Source: Candidatus Binataceae bacterium (GTDB lineage: Bacteria > Desulfobacterota > Binatia > Binatales > Binataceae). Taken from it: DNA of 64,000 nucleotides. Positions 47,818 through 56,041 of the stretch are shown in pieces. Numbering within the stretch: position 1 is the first letter of the stretch; every line of letters begins with the position of its first letter. The notes under the pieces were generated by a model. The model was not told where the DNA came from, made no database searches, and saw only the letters and a program-made list of their open reading frames with translations. The translations under genes were made by a program, and so were the position numbers. The stretch is taken from positions 4,574 to 68,573 of the forward strand of contig JADMIL010000009.1 of assembly GCA_015478645.1 (NCBI GenBank), read 5' to 3'.

Positions 47818-48050
47818 AGCCGTACGTCTTGCGACGCACGGTCCCCGGCTGCTGGGAGGAGGACGCATCCGGGGTGGCTTGGATTATCGCGTTCAATACT
47901 ATTCGACGAAGGCCGTTCAAAATTATTCATCGCAGGCGGATTACGAAAATTCATCAACTGCGGATGGCGCTTGGCGCGCGCCGAAAAAACGAATTCTTTT
48001 GCGGTCGCGGCGTGCGCGCATCGCGCGGGCAGCCTGGCTACGGGCCGGAG
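47764..48050 (-). ncRNA. Candidate small RNA or leader transcript (perfect TATAAT to intrinsic terminator)
   Basis: A perfect TATAAT lies on the minus strand at 48056..48061, in an otherwise GC-rich genome. The intrinsic terminator lies about 285 nt downstream. There is no convincing ORF between them, and the region contains a CCTCCTCCC anti-SD-like tract. Confidence 0.3.
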
Positions 48051-48237
48051 CGCAAATTATAGCCGAGGTGGTTCCGGCATGGATTGACGATGTTTCGTTC
48101 TGCTATACCGAGGATGCGCCAGCAGCAATGCGCATCTCGCGGATATCGACTGAGCGGCTTTTCGTTCGATCGGTCGCGAGAACAAGGGGAAGCACTTCCA
48201 TTCACGCGTCGCCGCGCATCGCCGTTCGTCTCACCTG

Positions 48238-51200
48238 ATGACTCGCCTGAAGATCAGAGCGCGGCTCGACCGCATCAACGCGCGCGCCTCGGCCATCGCC
48301 CACGCCCGCCGCACGCGCCGCGTGGCGATCGGCGTGGCCATCACGATCGTGGTCTATGGTTTGCTGGGATTTATCGCCTTGCCGATGATTCTGCGGCATG
48401 TCGTGACCGGGCAGGTCGCGACCAGCCTGCACCGACCGGTGAGCGTCGGCAAAATTGTCTTCAATCCGTACACCTTGCGGCTTCAGGTAGACGATCTGCG
48501 GGTGGGCGAGCGCGAGGGAGCGCAAGCGTTCGCTGGCCTGGGGCATCTGGACGTCAAGGTCTCATGGACGTCGCTGTTTCGGCTGGCCCCGGTCATCGGT
48601 GAAGTCAAGCTCGAGCGTCCGCAGGTGCATGTCGTGCGGGTCGCGGAGAACCGCTTCAACTTCTCCGATTTAATCGCCCCATCCGCATCGCCGAAGCCGC
48701 CGCCGGGCAAGCCGACGCGATTTGCGGTATCGAACATTCAACTCCACCAGGGGTCGGTGCTATTCGACGACCAGGTCACCGGCCAGCAGCACAAGATCGA
48801 GAAAATCGAACTCGACGTGCCGTTCGTGGCCAACTTGCCGGCCGACGTCAATATCTACGTGCAGCCGTTGCTCGCGATGGTGATCGACGGCAGTCCGCTG
48901 CGGGTGGCGGGCAAGGGGCGCCCGTTCAACGCCGAACCCGAGTCGATCATGCAGGTAAATCTGCGCGACCTGAAACTTTCGCAGTATCTTGCCTATGTGC
49001 CGCGCAAGCTCCCGGTCAAGCTCCCGCAGGGGACGCTGTCGGCGCACCTGCTGGTCCATTTCGTCAACGCGTTTGCTGGACCGGCGATTCGGATTGGTGG
49101 CGCGGTGACGCTCGATCAGATCGATCTGCGCGACGCCGCCGACGCACCTCTGCTCGCGCTCAAGAGCGCGGTGGTGAACCTCGACGACGTCGATACGCTT
49201 CAGAACTTCGCCCACGTCGGCGCGATCACGCTCGACGGTCTCGAGACCTACGTGGTGCGCAATGCGGACGGCACCACCAACCTGACGCCATTGACCGCCG
49301 CTAATCCGCCCGCCGCCACGTCAGTGCCGGCTCGCGCATCTTCGCCACAGGCTTCGCCCATTCCGCAGGGCACGACGGCCGCGCCAGCGCCGCCGGTGAA
49401 GGCCGCCATCGTCGCGGCGAAGGTGGCCCCGTCGGCGCGCCCGGCACCGGCGATCGCGACACCGGTAATTGCGCCGCCGTCACCCGTCGCGACGGTCAGT
49501 GCGGCCATGCCAATCGCGTCGGCGAGTGCGTCGATGACCCCGGCCGCAGCGTCAACCGCGGCGAGCTTAGCACCGTCAATCATGGAGACGGCTCCCACAA
49601 AGACGGCGAGCGGTGGCACGGCGACTAGCGGGACGAGCGGCGCGTTCAATCTGATTCTCGATTCGTTCGCGCTGACCAACGGCGCGGTGCATCTGACGGA
49701 CCACAGCGCGGCGGTGGCGACCACGGCCAACCTGCAGGCGATCCACGCGACGCTGACCAACTTGCGCACGGCGCCGCAATCGCCACCGGCCCCCTTCGCG
49801 GTCGCTGGCACGCTGAGCGGTGGCGGCAGCGTCGCGATCAAGGGTGTGCTGAACTTGCTGCAATCGCAGGTCACGACCGACCTCACGCTGGCGCAAATCG
49901 ATGTGCCGGCCTTGCAGGGCTTCGCGCAGACTTTCCTCGCGGCGAAAATCGCGACCGGCAAGCTGAACGTGCAGGCCAGCGTCGCGACGCAATTCGCGGC
50001 CGGCAAGTTCAATGTTCACGTTGAGCCGGCGACCCTTGCGCTCGACGATTTCGATATCCGGCCGCCGGGCGCACATCAGCCGCCGATCACCTGGAAGACG
50101 ATCGCGGCGACGATCGGCCAGGTCGATCTCGCGTCGCATCAGGCGACCGTCACGGAGCTGCGCACCGACAGTATCCATCTGTCGGTGCTGCGCGATCGCA
50201 AAGGGGCATTGTCGCTCGCGTCGTTAATCCGCAAGCCGGGCGAACCGCCGGGCGCCGCTTCCGCACCGGAGAACCGCCCCGCGCGACGGCCGGCGCGTGA
50301 GGCACATTCGCGCGCTGAAATGGCACGGGCCGAGCGGGCGCGCCGGGCAGCGGAGCGCGCGGCGTATCGGACGCAGGAGGAGCGCAGGCTTGCGGCGCGG
50401 ACGCACGGCGGTATTCGCGCAGCCGCCAAGCCGGCCACACCGGTGGTCTCGCCCACGCCGCCGGCGGGCGGATGGCAGTACAAGATTGCGGCGGTCACGC
50501 TGGAGAAATCCGCGATCGCGATTGAAGATCATACCGTGGCGCGGCCGGTCAAGATCGGCGTCGCGCCGCTCAATATCCGGCTCAAGGATGTCACCAGCGA
50601 TTTCGCCAAGCCGTTTTCGCTTGAGCTCGACGGCACGGCGGACAAGACCGGCACTTTCGCGATCGACGGCACCGCCGCGATCGAGCCGCTCAAGGCCGAC
50701 CTGCGGGTGACCACGCGGCGGCTCGACGTGGCGCCGGCCACGCTCTATGCGCAGAGCAATCTAAACGCGACGATCACCAGCGCCGCACTGACCACCAAGG
50801 GTGCGGTGGCGCTCGCCGACCCGGGTGGCAAGTTGCGCGTGAGCTATCGCGGCGACGCGACGCTAACCAACGTGCGCGTGCTCGACAAGCTGACCAGCGA
50901 TCTGTTCCTGCGCTGGAACGCGCTGAGCGTCCATCGAATCGATTTCCGGATGGGCGAGGGTCAGCCCAGGATTCATATCGGGGCGATCGCGCTCGACGAT
51001 TTCTACACCCGGCTGATTCTGAATGCCGACGGCCATCTGAACGTGAGCGATATCACGTCGTCGGCACGCCAGGCGCCGACTTCGCTGACCCGTCCGGGGG
51101 CCAAGCCACTGCCCGCGCCATCCGCACCTAGCGCGCCGGCGCCGGGGCCATCCGAGGCGGGGGCGCCCTCCGCGCAGACCTCGGCGACGGCAACTCCGGC

Positions 51201-52434
51201 GGCTGCGCTACCGCCGCCGACACCGCATCCGATCGCCGCCGATATCGCGATTGGGCAGATTGGGCTGCGCGGCGGCCACGTCAACTACACCGACAATTTT
51301 ATCAAGCCGAACTACACCGCCGATTTGACCGCGATTGCCGGGCACGTCGGTGAGTTCGGCACGCGCTCGACGGCGCCGGCCGACGTCAACCTCGACGGCC
51401 TGATCAACGGCAACGCGCCAATCAGCATCCAGGGATCGATCAATCCGCTCGCGCCGATGGCTGCGGTCGACATCAAGGCCAAGGCCACCCAGATCGAGTT
51501 GACCGACCTGACGGCCTACTCGAGCAAGTACACCGGCTATCCGATTACCAGGGGCAAGCTCTCGGTCGACGTGCATTACGTGCTCGATCACGACCTGCTG
51601 ACCGCGCAGAATCATATCCTGCTCGACCAGTTGACCTTCGGCGACAAGGTCGAGACGCCGGGCGCGATGAATCTGCCGCTGCGCCTGGCCGTGGCGATTC
51701 TCAAAGACTCCAAGGGCCAGATTAGCCTGGATCTGCCGGTCTCGGGATCGCTCGCGGATCCGCAATTCAGCCTCGGCGGGATCATCTGGCACGCGATGGT
51801 AAGCCTGCTGCTCAAGGCGGTAACGTCGCCATTCCGGTTGCTGGCGGCGGCGTTGCCGGGCGGCGGCAACAGCGGCCAGGATCTGTCCTATGTGGAATTC
51901 ACTCCAGGGTTTGCGACGCTGCCGCCGGCCAGCCGGCAAAAGCTCGATTCGGTGGCCGCGGCGCTGAAGCAACGACCGTCGCTCAAGCTGAGTATCGCGG
52001 GCGTGGCCGACCCGGCCCTCGATCGGCCGGGACTGCATGACGCGAAACTCTACGATCTGATCAAGGCGGCGAAGATCCACGACCTGGGCGGCGCGGCGGC
52101 GGGCATCGATCCCGACACCGTATCGGTCGGTCCCGACGATTACGCCAAGTACCTCAAGCGGGTCTACAAGGCGGCCAAGTTTGACAAGCCGCTCGACGTG
52201 CTCGGGATGAACAAATCGCTGCCGCCCGACGAGATGAAAAAGCTGCTGATTAAAAATATGCAGGTGAGCGACAAGGATCTGGCGACGCTGGCCGATGCGC
52301 GCGCGGCGGCGGTGCGCAAATATATGAGCAAGCGGATCGATCCCGCGCGGCTGGCGGTGGCCGCGCCGAATCTCACCGCCGCAGGGATTACGGATAAAGG
52401 GCCGGCCACGCGGGTCGCCCTGTCGCTCGAATGA
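48238..52434 (+). CDS. Giant envelope protein, DUF748 / AsmA-TamB-like
   Basis: 1398 aa. N-terminal anchor VAIGVAITIVVYGLLGFIALPMIL followed by the typical DUF748 opening (VSVGKIVFNPYTLRLQVDDLRV...LERPQVHVVR...RFNFSDL). Long beta-rich repeats, three low-complexity inserts, and a C-terminal region weakly OmpA_C-like. Confidence 0.75.
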   Translation: MTRLKIRARLDRINARASAIAHARRTRRVAIGVAITIVVYGLLGFIALPMILRHVVTGQVATSLHRPVSVGKIVFNPYTLRLQVDDLRVGEREGAQAFAGLGHLDVKVSWTSLFRLAPVIGEVKLERPQVHVVRVAENRFNFSDLIAPSASPKPPPGKPTRFAVSNIQLHQGSVLFDDQVTGQQHKIEKIELDVPFVANLPADVNIYVQPLLAMVIDGSPLRVAGKGRPFNAEPESIMQVNLRDLKLSQYLAYVPRKLPVKLPQGTLSAHLLVHFVNAFAGPAIRIGGAVTLDQIDLRDAADAPLLALKSAVVNLDDVDTLQNFAHVGAITLDGLETYVVRNADGTTNLTPLTAANPPAATSVPARASSPQASPIPQGTTAAPAPPVKAAIVAAKVAPSARPAPAIATPVIAPPSPVATVSAAMPIASASASMTPAAASTAASLAPSIMETAPTKTASGGTATSGTSGAFNLILDSFALTNGAVHLTDHSAAVATTANLQAIHATLTNLRTAPQSPPAPFAVAGTLSGGGSVAIKGVLNLLQSQVTTDLTLAQIDVPALQGFAQTFLAAKIATGKLNVQASVATQFAAGKFNVHVEPATLALDDFDIRPPGAHQPPITWKTIAATIGQVDLASHQATVTELRTDSIHLSVLRDRKGALSLASLIRKPGEPPGAASAPENRPARRPAREAHSRAEMARAERARRAAERAAYRTQEERRLAARTHGGIRAAAKPATPVVSPTPPAGGWQYKIAAVTLEKSAIAIEDHTVARPVKIGVAPLNIRLKDVTSDFAKPFSLELDGTADKTGTFAIDGTAAIEPLKADLRVTTRRLDVAPATLYAQSNLNATITSAALTTKGAVALADPGGKLRVSYRGDATLTNVRVLDKLTSDLFLRWNALSVHRIDFRMGEGQPRIHIGAIALDDFYTRLILNADGHLNVSDITSSARQAPTSLTRPGAKPLPAPSAPSAPAPGPSEAGAPSAQTSATATPAAALPPPTPHPIAADIAIGQIGLRGGHVNYTDNFIKPNYTADLTAIAGHVGEFGTRSTAPADVNLDGLINGNAPISIQGSINPLAPMAAVDIKAKATQIELTDLTAYSSKYTGYPITRGKLSVDVHYVLDHDLLTAQNHILLDQLTFGDKVETPGAMNLPLRLAVAILKDSKGQISLDLPVSGSLADPQFSLGGIIWHAMVSLLLKAVTSPFRLLAAALPGGGNSGQDLSYVEFTPGFATLPPASRQKLDSVAAALKQRPSLKLSIAGVADPALDRPGLHDAKLYDLIKAAKIHDLGGAAAGIDPDTVSVGPDDYAKYLKRVYKAAKFDKPLDVLGMNKSLPPDEMKKLLIKNMQVSDKDLATLADARAAAVRKYMSKRIDPARLAVAAPNLTAAGITDKGPATRVALSLE

Positions 52435-52491
52435 CTAATCGACGGCGCCGCCGCGGTGTCGATCGCCGCAGCCGCCCGGTGAGATAGCATC

Positions 52492-53508
52492 GTGAAGCTC
52501 TCGATTATCGATCAATCGCCGGTTGCGGAAGGCTTTACGCCGGCCGACGCACTGCGCAATACGATTGAGCTGGCGCGCCTCGCCGATCGGCTGGGCTACG
52601 AGCGCTACTGGATCGCCGAGCATCACGGGATCGAGGCGCTGGCCAGCCCGGCGCCGGAAATCCTGATGGCGCGGGTGGGCGCCGAAACCTCGGCTATCAG
52701 AATTGGCTCGGGCGCGGTGCTGCTGCCGCACTACAGCCCCTTCAAGGTGGCCGAGACTTTTCGCGTGTTGCACGCGCTCTATCCCGATCGGATCGACCTG
52801 GGCCTGGGCCGCGCGCCGGGCGGCACGCAGCTCGACGCGATGGCGCTGCGGCGCGATCGCAGCCGCGCGATGCCCGACGATTTCGGCCAGCAACTGGTCG
52901 AATTGCTGGCCTGGCTGCACGGCGGCTTTCCGCCCGAGCATGCCTTCAGCCGGATCCGGATTTCGCCCGCGATGCCCGGGGCTCCCGCCGTGTGGCTGCT
53001 CGGATCGAGTCCGTGGAGCGCGTCGGCGGCGGCCCAACTGGGACTGCCGTACGCCTTCGCGCACTTTATCGATCAGCGATCGACGCGCACCGCGATCGAG
53101 CATTACCGATCGCATTTCGTGGCGGCCGAGGCCGGCGACCGTCCGCGCGTGATTCTGGCGTTGGGCGCGATCTGTGCGGCGAGCGACGAGGAGGCGGCGT
53201 GGCTGCTGGGCAGCGCGCGCCTGTTCCGCCGGCGCATCATGCAGGGCGACCTGCGCACGATTCCCACGCCCGAGGAGGCGCGGATCGAGTTGGGATCCAG
53301 TGTCACGGCGAGCCCGCCGGGCGACGGCGAATGGCCCCGCTATTTTACCGGCGAGCCCGAGCGGCTGCGCGATCAGCTAATCGATATGGCGAGCGTGCTC
53401 AACGCCGACGAGTTGATGATCGTCACGATCGTCCATGACCATCGCGCGCGGATGCGATCGTACGAGCTGCTCGCGCAAGCCTTCGCGCTGGCGCCGCGCA
53501 AACCCTGA
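52492..53508 (+). CDS. Luciferase-like (LLM-class) flavin-dependent oxidoreductase, GTG start
   Basis: 338 aa. MKLSIIDQSPV...LGYERYWIAEHH is the typical N-terminus of the MsnO8-type LLM family. Confidence 0.85.
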   Translation: MKLSIIDQSPVAEGFTPADALRNTIELARLADRLGYERYWIAEHHGIEALASPAPEILMARVGAETSAIRIGSGAVLLPHYSPFKVAETFRVLHALYPDRIDLGLGRAPGGTQLDAMALRRDRSRAMPDDFGQQLVELLAWLHGGFPPEHAFSRIRISPAMPGAPAVWLLGSSPWSASAAAQLGLPYAFAHFIDQRSTRTAIEHYRSHFVAAEAGDRPRVILALGAICAASDEEAAWLLGSARLFRRRIMQGDLRTIPTPEEARIELGSSVTASPPGDGEWPRYFTGEPERLRDQLIDMASVLNADELMIVTIVHDHRARMRSYELLAQAFALAPRKP

Positions 53509-53650
53509 CCCGCCGCGGCCCGCTGGGCGAAATTGATTCGGCGGAACGCGTCTGGACGGGCATCAACTTAGAGTATGAAAATACGTCTATTTGACAATGC
53601 TGGGTCGCCCGATCTGTGCGATGGCGGATGCGGATCGCTGCGCATCGGCC

Positions 53651-54391
53651 TCAGATAACCGTTCCGCCGCTCATGTTGAGGATCTGTCCGGTCACGTAGG
53701 CCGATTCGTCTGAAGCGAAATAGAGCGCGGCCTCAGCGATCTCCTCCGGCCGCCCAATCCGGCCGATTGGAACTCTGCGGCTGAACTCCTTGAGCGCCTC
53801 CTCGGTGAAGTTGCCCAGGATCGGCGTATCGACCAACCCCGGCGCAATTACATTTACCGTCACTCCCGCCGAGGCGAACTCCGCCGCGATCGATCGCGCG
53901 AAGCCGTGCGCGCCGGTCTTCGCCGCCGCAATATGCGCCATCTGTGGTGGCGGATTGATACCCGAGGTCGCCGTGATGTAGACGATGCGGCCCCATCTGC
54001 GCTCGGCCATCCGCGCGATCGCCGTCCGCGTGCAATTGAAAAGTCCTTTGAGGTCGACGGTCAGAACCTCGTCCCACTCTTCTTCGCTCAATTTCAGAAA
54101 GGGCGTGTGATGGAATACGCCAGCGCTGCATACCAGGATGTCGAGATGGCCGAACTCGGACTGTGTCCGTTCGACCATCGATCTGGATTCGGCGAAGCTG
54201 CCGACATTAGCGCGGATTCCGAGTGCGCGGCGTCCGAACGCCTCGGCTTCCTTCACCACGCTCGCGATTTTCCCTTCGTCGCGGCCATTGATGGCCACGT
54301 CGGCGCCCTCGCGCGCAAAGCGCAGCGCGATCGCGCGGCCGATACCCGAACTCGAACCCGTCACCAGTGCGGTCTTCCCCGAAAGACGCAT
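53651..54391 (-). CDS. SDR-family oxidoreductase with a non-canonical active-site region
   Basis: From MRLSGKTALVTGSSSGIGRAIA, with a strong RBS GAAGGAGAG upstream. The usual YxxxK is replaced by HIAAAK. Confidence 0.8.
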   Translation of the reverse strand: MRLSGKTALVTGSSSGIGRAIALRFAREGADVAINGRDEGKIASVVKEAEAFGRRALGIRANVGSFAESRSMVERTQSEFGHLDILVCSAGVFHHTPFLKLSEEEWDEVLTVDLKGLFNCTRTAIARMAERRWGRIVYITATSGINPPPQMAHIAAAKTGAHGFARSIAAEFASAGVTVNVIAPGLVDTPILGNFTEEALKEFSRRVPIGRIGRPEEIAEAALYFASDESAYVTGQILNMSGGTVI

Positions 54392-54763
54392 CGTCGACTC
54401 TCCTTCACGCGCGCGTGGCGGCCCGCCCTGGTCTCGCGCGTATTTCGCGAATACCTTTTCAATATCTGAATATCTCTCGACTAAGAAATCTCTTTTGGGT
54501 TCTCCATAGAACGTAGTCCGACTCTCGCACGAGGTGTTTCCCTGCGTCAATGAGTTACACTGGAGAGGTCAGTCGTGCTGGAATGAGTTGAGGCAAAAAG
54601 AAGAAAGCGCGTGATACTCATTCGCCACGCCAGGCACGTCGCAACGCGGCAGAAAGGTGTATTTCAGCGCTGCAAGTTTGCGGTCGAAGAACTGAAAGAA
54701 TCGGCGTGTTGACTCTTTCGCGCGAGTCGTCGGACGGATAAAGACGGACGGTGGAACCTGATC

Positions 54764-54922
54764 ATGATTAAAAAGCTCAGCCTATTGCTGTTTATTGTCG
54801 AAGCTATGTTGCTGGCGAGTTGCGCCCCTTTTGAATCTTACCCGCAGCAGCAGACCTCGACCACGACTACCACTTCGTGCCCGAACGGAACCCAACTTGG
54901 AAGCGACGGGATGTGCCGGTAA
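54764..54922 (+). CDS. Small lipoprotein (52 aa), below the ORF-track cutoff
   Basis: ATG at 54764. Reads MIKKLSLLLFIVEAMLLASCAPFESYPQQQTSTTTTTSCPNGTQLGSDGMCR, ending in TAA. Lipobox LLASC. Lies in an AT-richer stretch. Confidence 0.4.
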   Translation: MIKKLSLLLFIVEAMLLASCAPFESYPQQQTSTTTTTSCPNGTQLGSDGMCR

Positions 54923-55055
54923 GCAGTGAGTCGAAGCCGCTTTCCTTCATAGCCATTACCAGAATTGTAATGTGAAGGCGGAGTGGCGCGCCGCGGCCCC
55001 TTCACGCCGCGACGCGCCTTCCAGTGACTATCTGTCCGCGGACGGACCCCTTCTC

Positions 55056-55775
55056 CTATGCGGCAAAAACCTCGGCGAGGAACGACGCCATCGCATGCCA
55101 TGAGCGCTCGTCAGCCGATTTGTTATAGGCGATACCCGCCGCGCCAATCGACGCGGCGTCCGGATTGGTAAAGCTATGGACCGTGCCGCCGTAGTTGATC
55201 ATCTGCCAGTCGACGCCAGCCTTGGTCATCTCCTCATTGAATTCCGCGATTTGCGCAGCCGGCACAAACGGATCGTCCGCACCGTTGCATACCAGAACTT
55301 TCGCCTTGACCTGGCCCGCCACCGCCGGCTGTTTGGTCGCCAGTCCGCCATGGAAGGAGACCACCCCGCGAACCGCGGCGCCGGAGCGCGCAATCTCGAG
55401 GGAACAGGTTCCGCCCATGCAATAGCCCATTACCGCCAGCCGACTCGAATCGACCTGGGGCAGCGAGGCGAGCTTATCGAGCGCTGCCTGGACGCGCGCG
55501 CGGACGACGGCCGGATTCTCCAGCAGCGCCATCGCGTACTTGATCCCTTCCTGCAAGTCCTTCGCGGTGAAGCCGTTGCCATATGGATCAGCGCCGAATC
55601 CGACATAGCCCAACCTGGCCAGCCGCTCGGCCCGCTCCCTGACGAATGGAGCAATTCCGAATGCGTCAGGCATGATTACAACGCCGGGGCGTTTGCCCGA
55701 AGTGCCCTCGTCGTAGGCCACCAGCCCGTGCAGATTCAGGTCGCCGTCTTTGTACTGAAGATTGTCTACTTTCAT
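55056..55775 (-). CDS. Dienelactone hydrolase family protein
   Basis: 239 aa. Nucleophile motif MGYCMGG, and a C-terminal GTVHSF motif (His). Confidence 0.85.
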   Translation of the reverse strand: MKVDNLQYKDGDLNLHGLVAYDEGTSGKRPGVVIMPDAFGIAPFVRERAERLARLGYVGFGADPYGNGFTAKDLQEGIKYAMALLENPAVVRARVQAALDKLASLPQVDSSRLAVMGYCMGGTCSLEIARSGAAVRGVVSFHGGLATKQPAVAGQVKAKVLVCNGADDPFVPAAQIAEFNEEMTKAGVDWQMINYGGTVHSFTNPDAASIGAAGIAYNKSADERSWHAMASFLAEVFAA

Positions 55776-55935
55776 TTGCTTCCTCTCGCGCTGGTTTTAG
55801 CCGAGCAAAGGGCCACCTGGCAACCTTGTCCATCGCGCCGCGCGCGGCAGTGCAGGCATCGGCGCAGCCCCGTCGCATGCGCTCATCCGCGGCGCCCGCG
55901 GCGGTTGAAGGATTAGAACTGAGACCGCGCTAAAG

Positions 55936-56041
55936 AACCTCTGCACAAGTCAGGTTGTCATTCTGAGCGCAGCGAAGAATCCCGGATCCGGGACCCCTGC
56001 GCTGCACTCAGGGTGACAGCAGCGCCTTGTGCAGAGGTTCC
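55936..56041. repeat. Nested palindromic REP/MITE-like element
   Basis: Perfect 15-bp outer inverted repeat: gaacctctgcacaag (55936..55950) and cttgtgcagaggttc (56027..56041). Inner 18-bp imperfect inverted repeat: gtcattctgagcgcagcg (55958..55975) and cgctgcactcagggtgac (56001..56018). Central palindrome cccggatccggg. The element abuts the stop codon of the gene at 56042. Confidence 0.65.

Noticed and set aside
47094-47957. The 287-aa version of the lipoprotein ORF (TTG start at 47957).
   Set aside because: The N-terminal 88 aa would be translated through a strong terminator hairpin and its T-run, and they precede the obvious signal peptide and lipobox. The start was moved to 47693.
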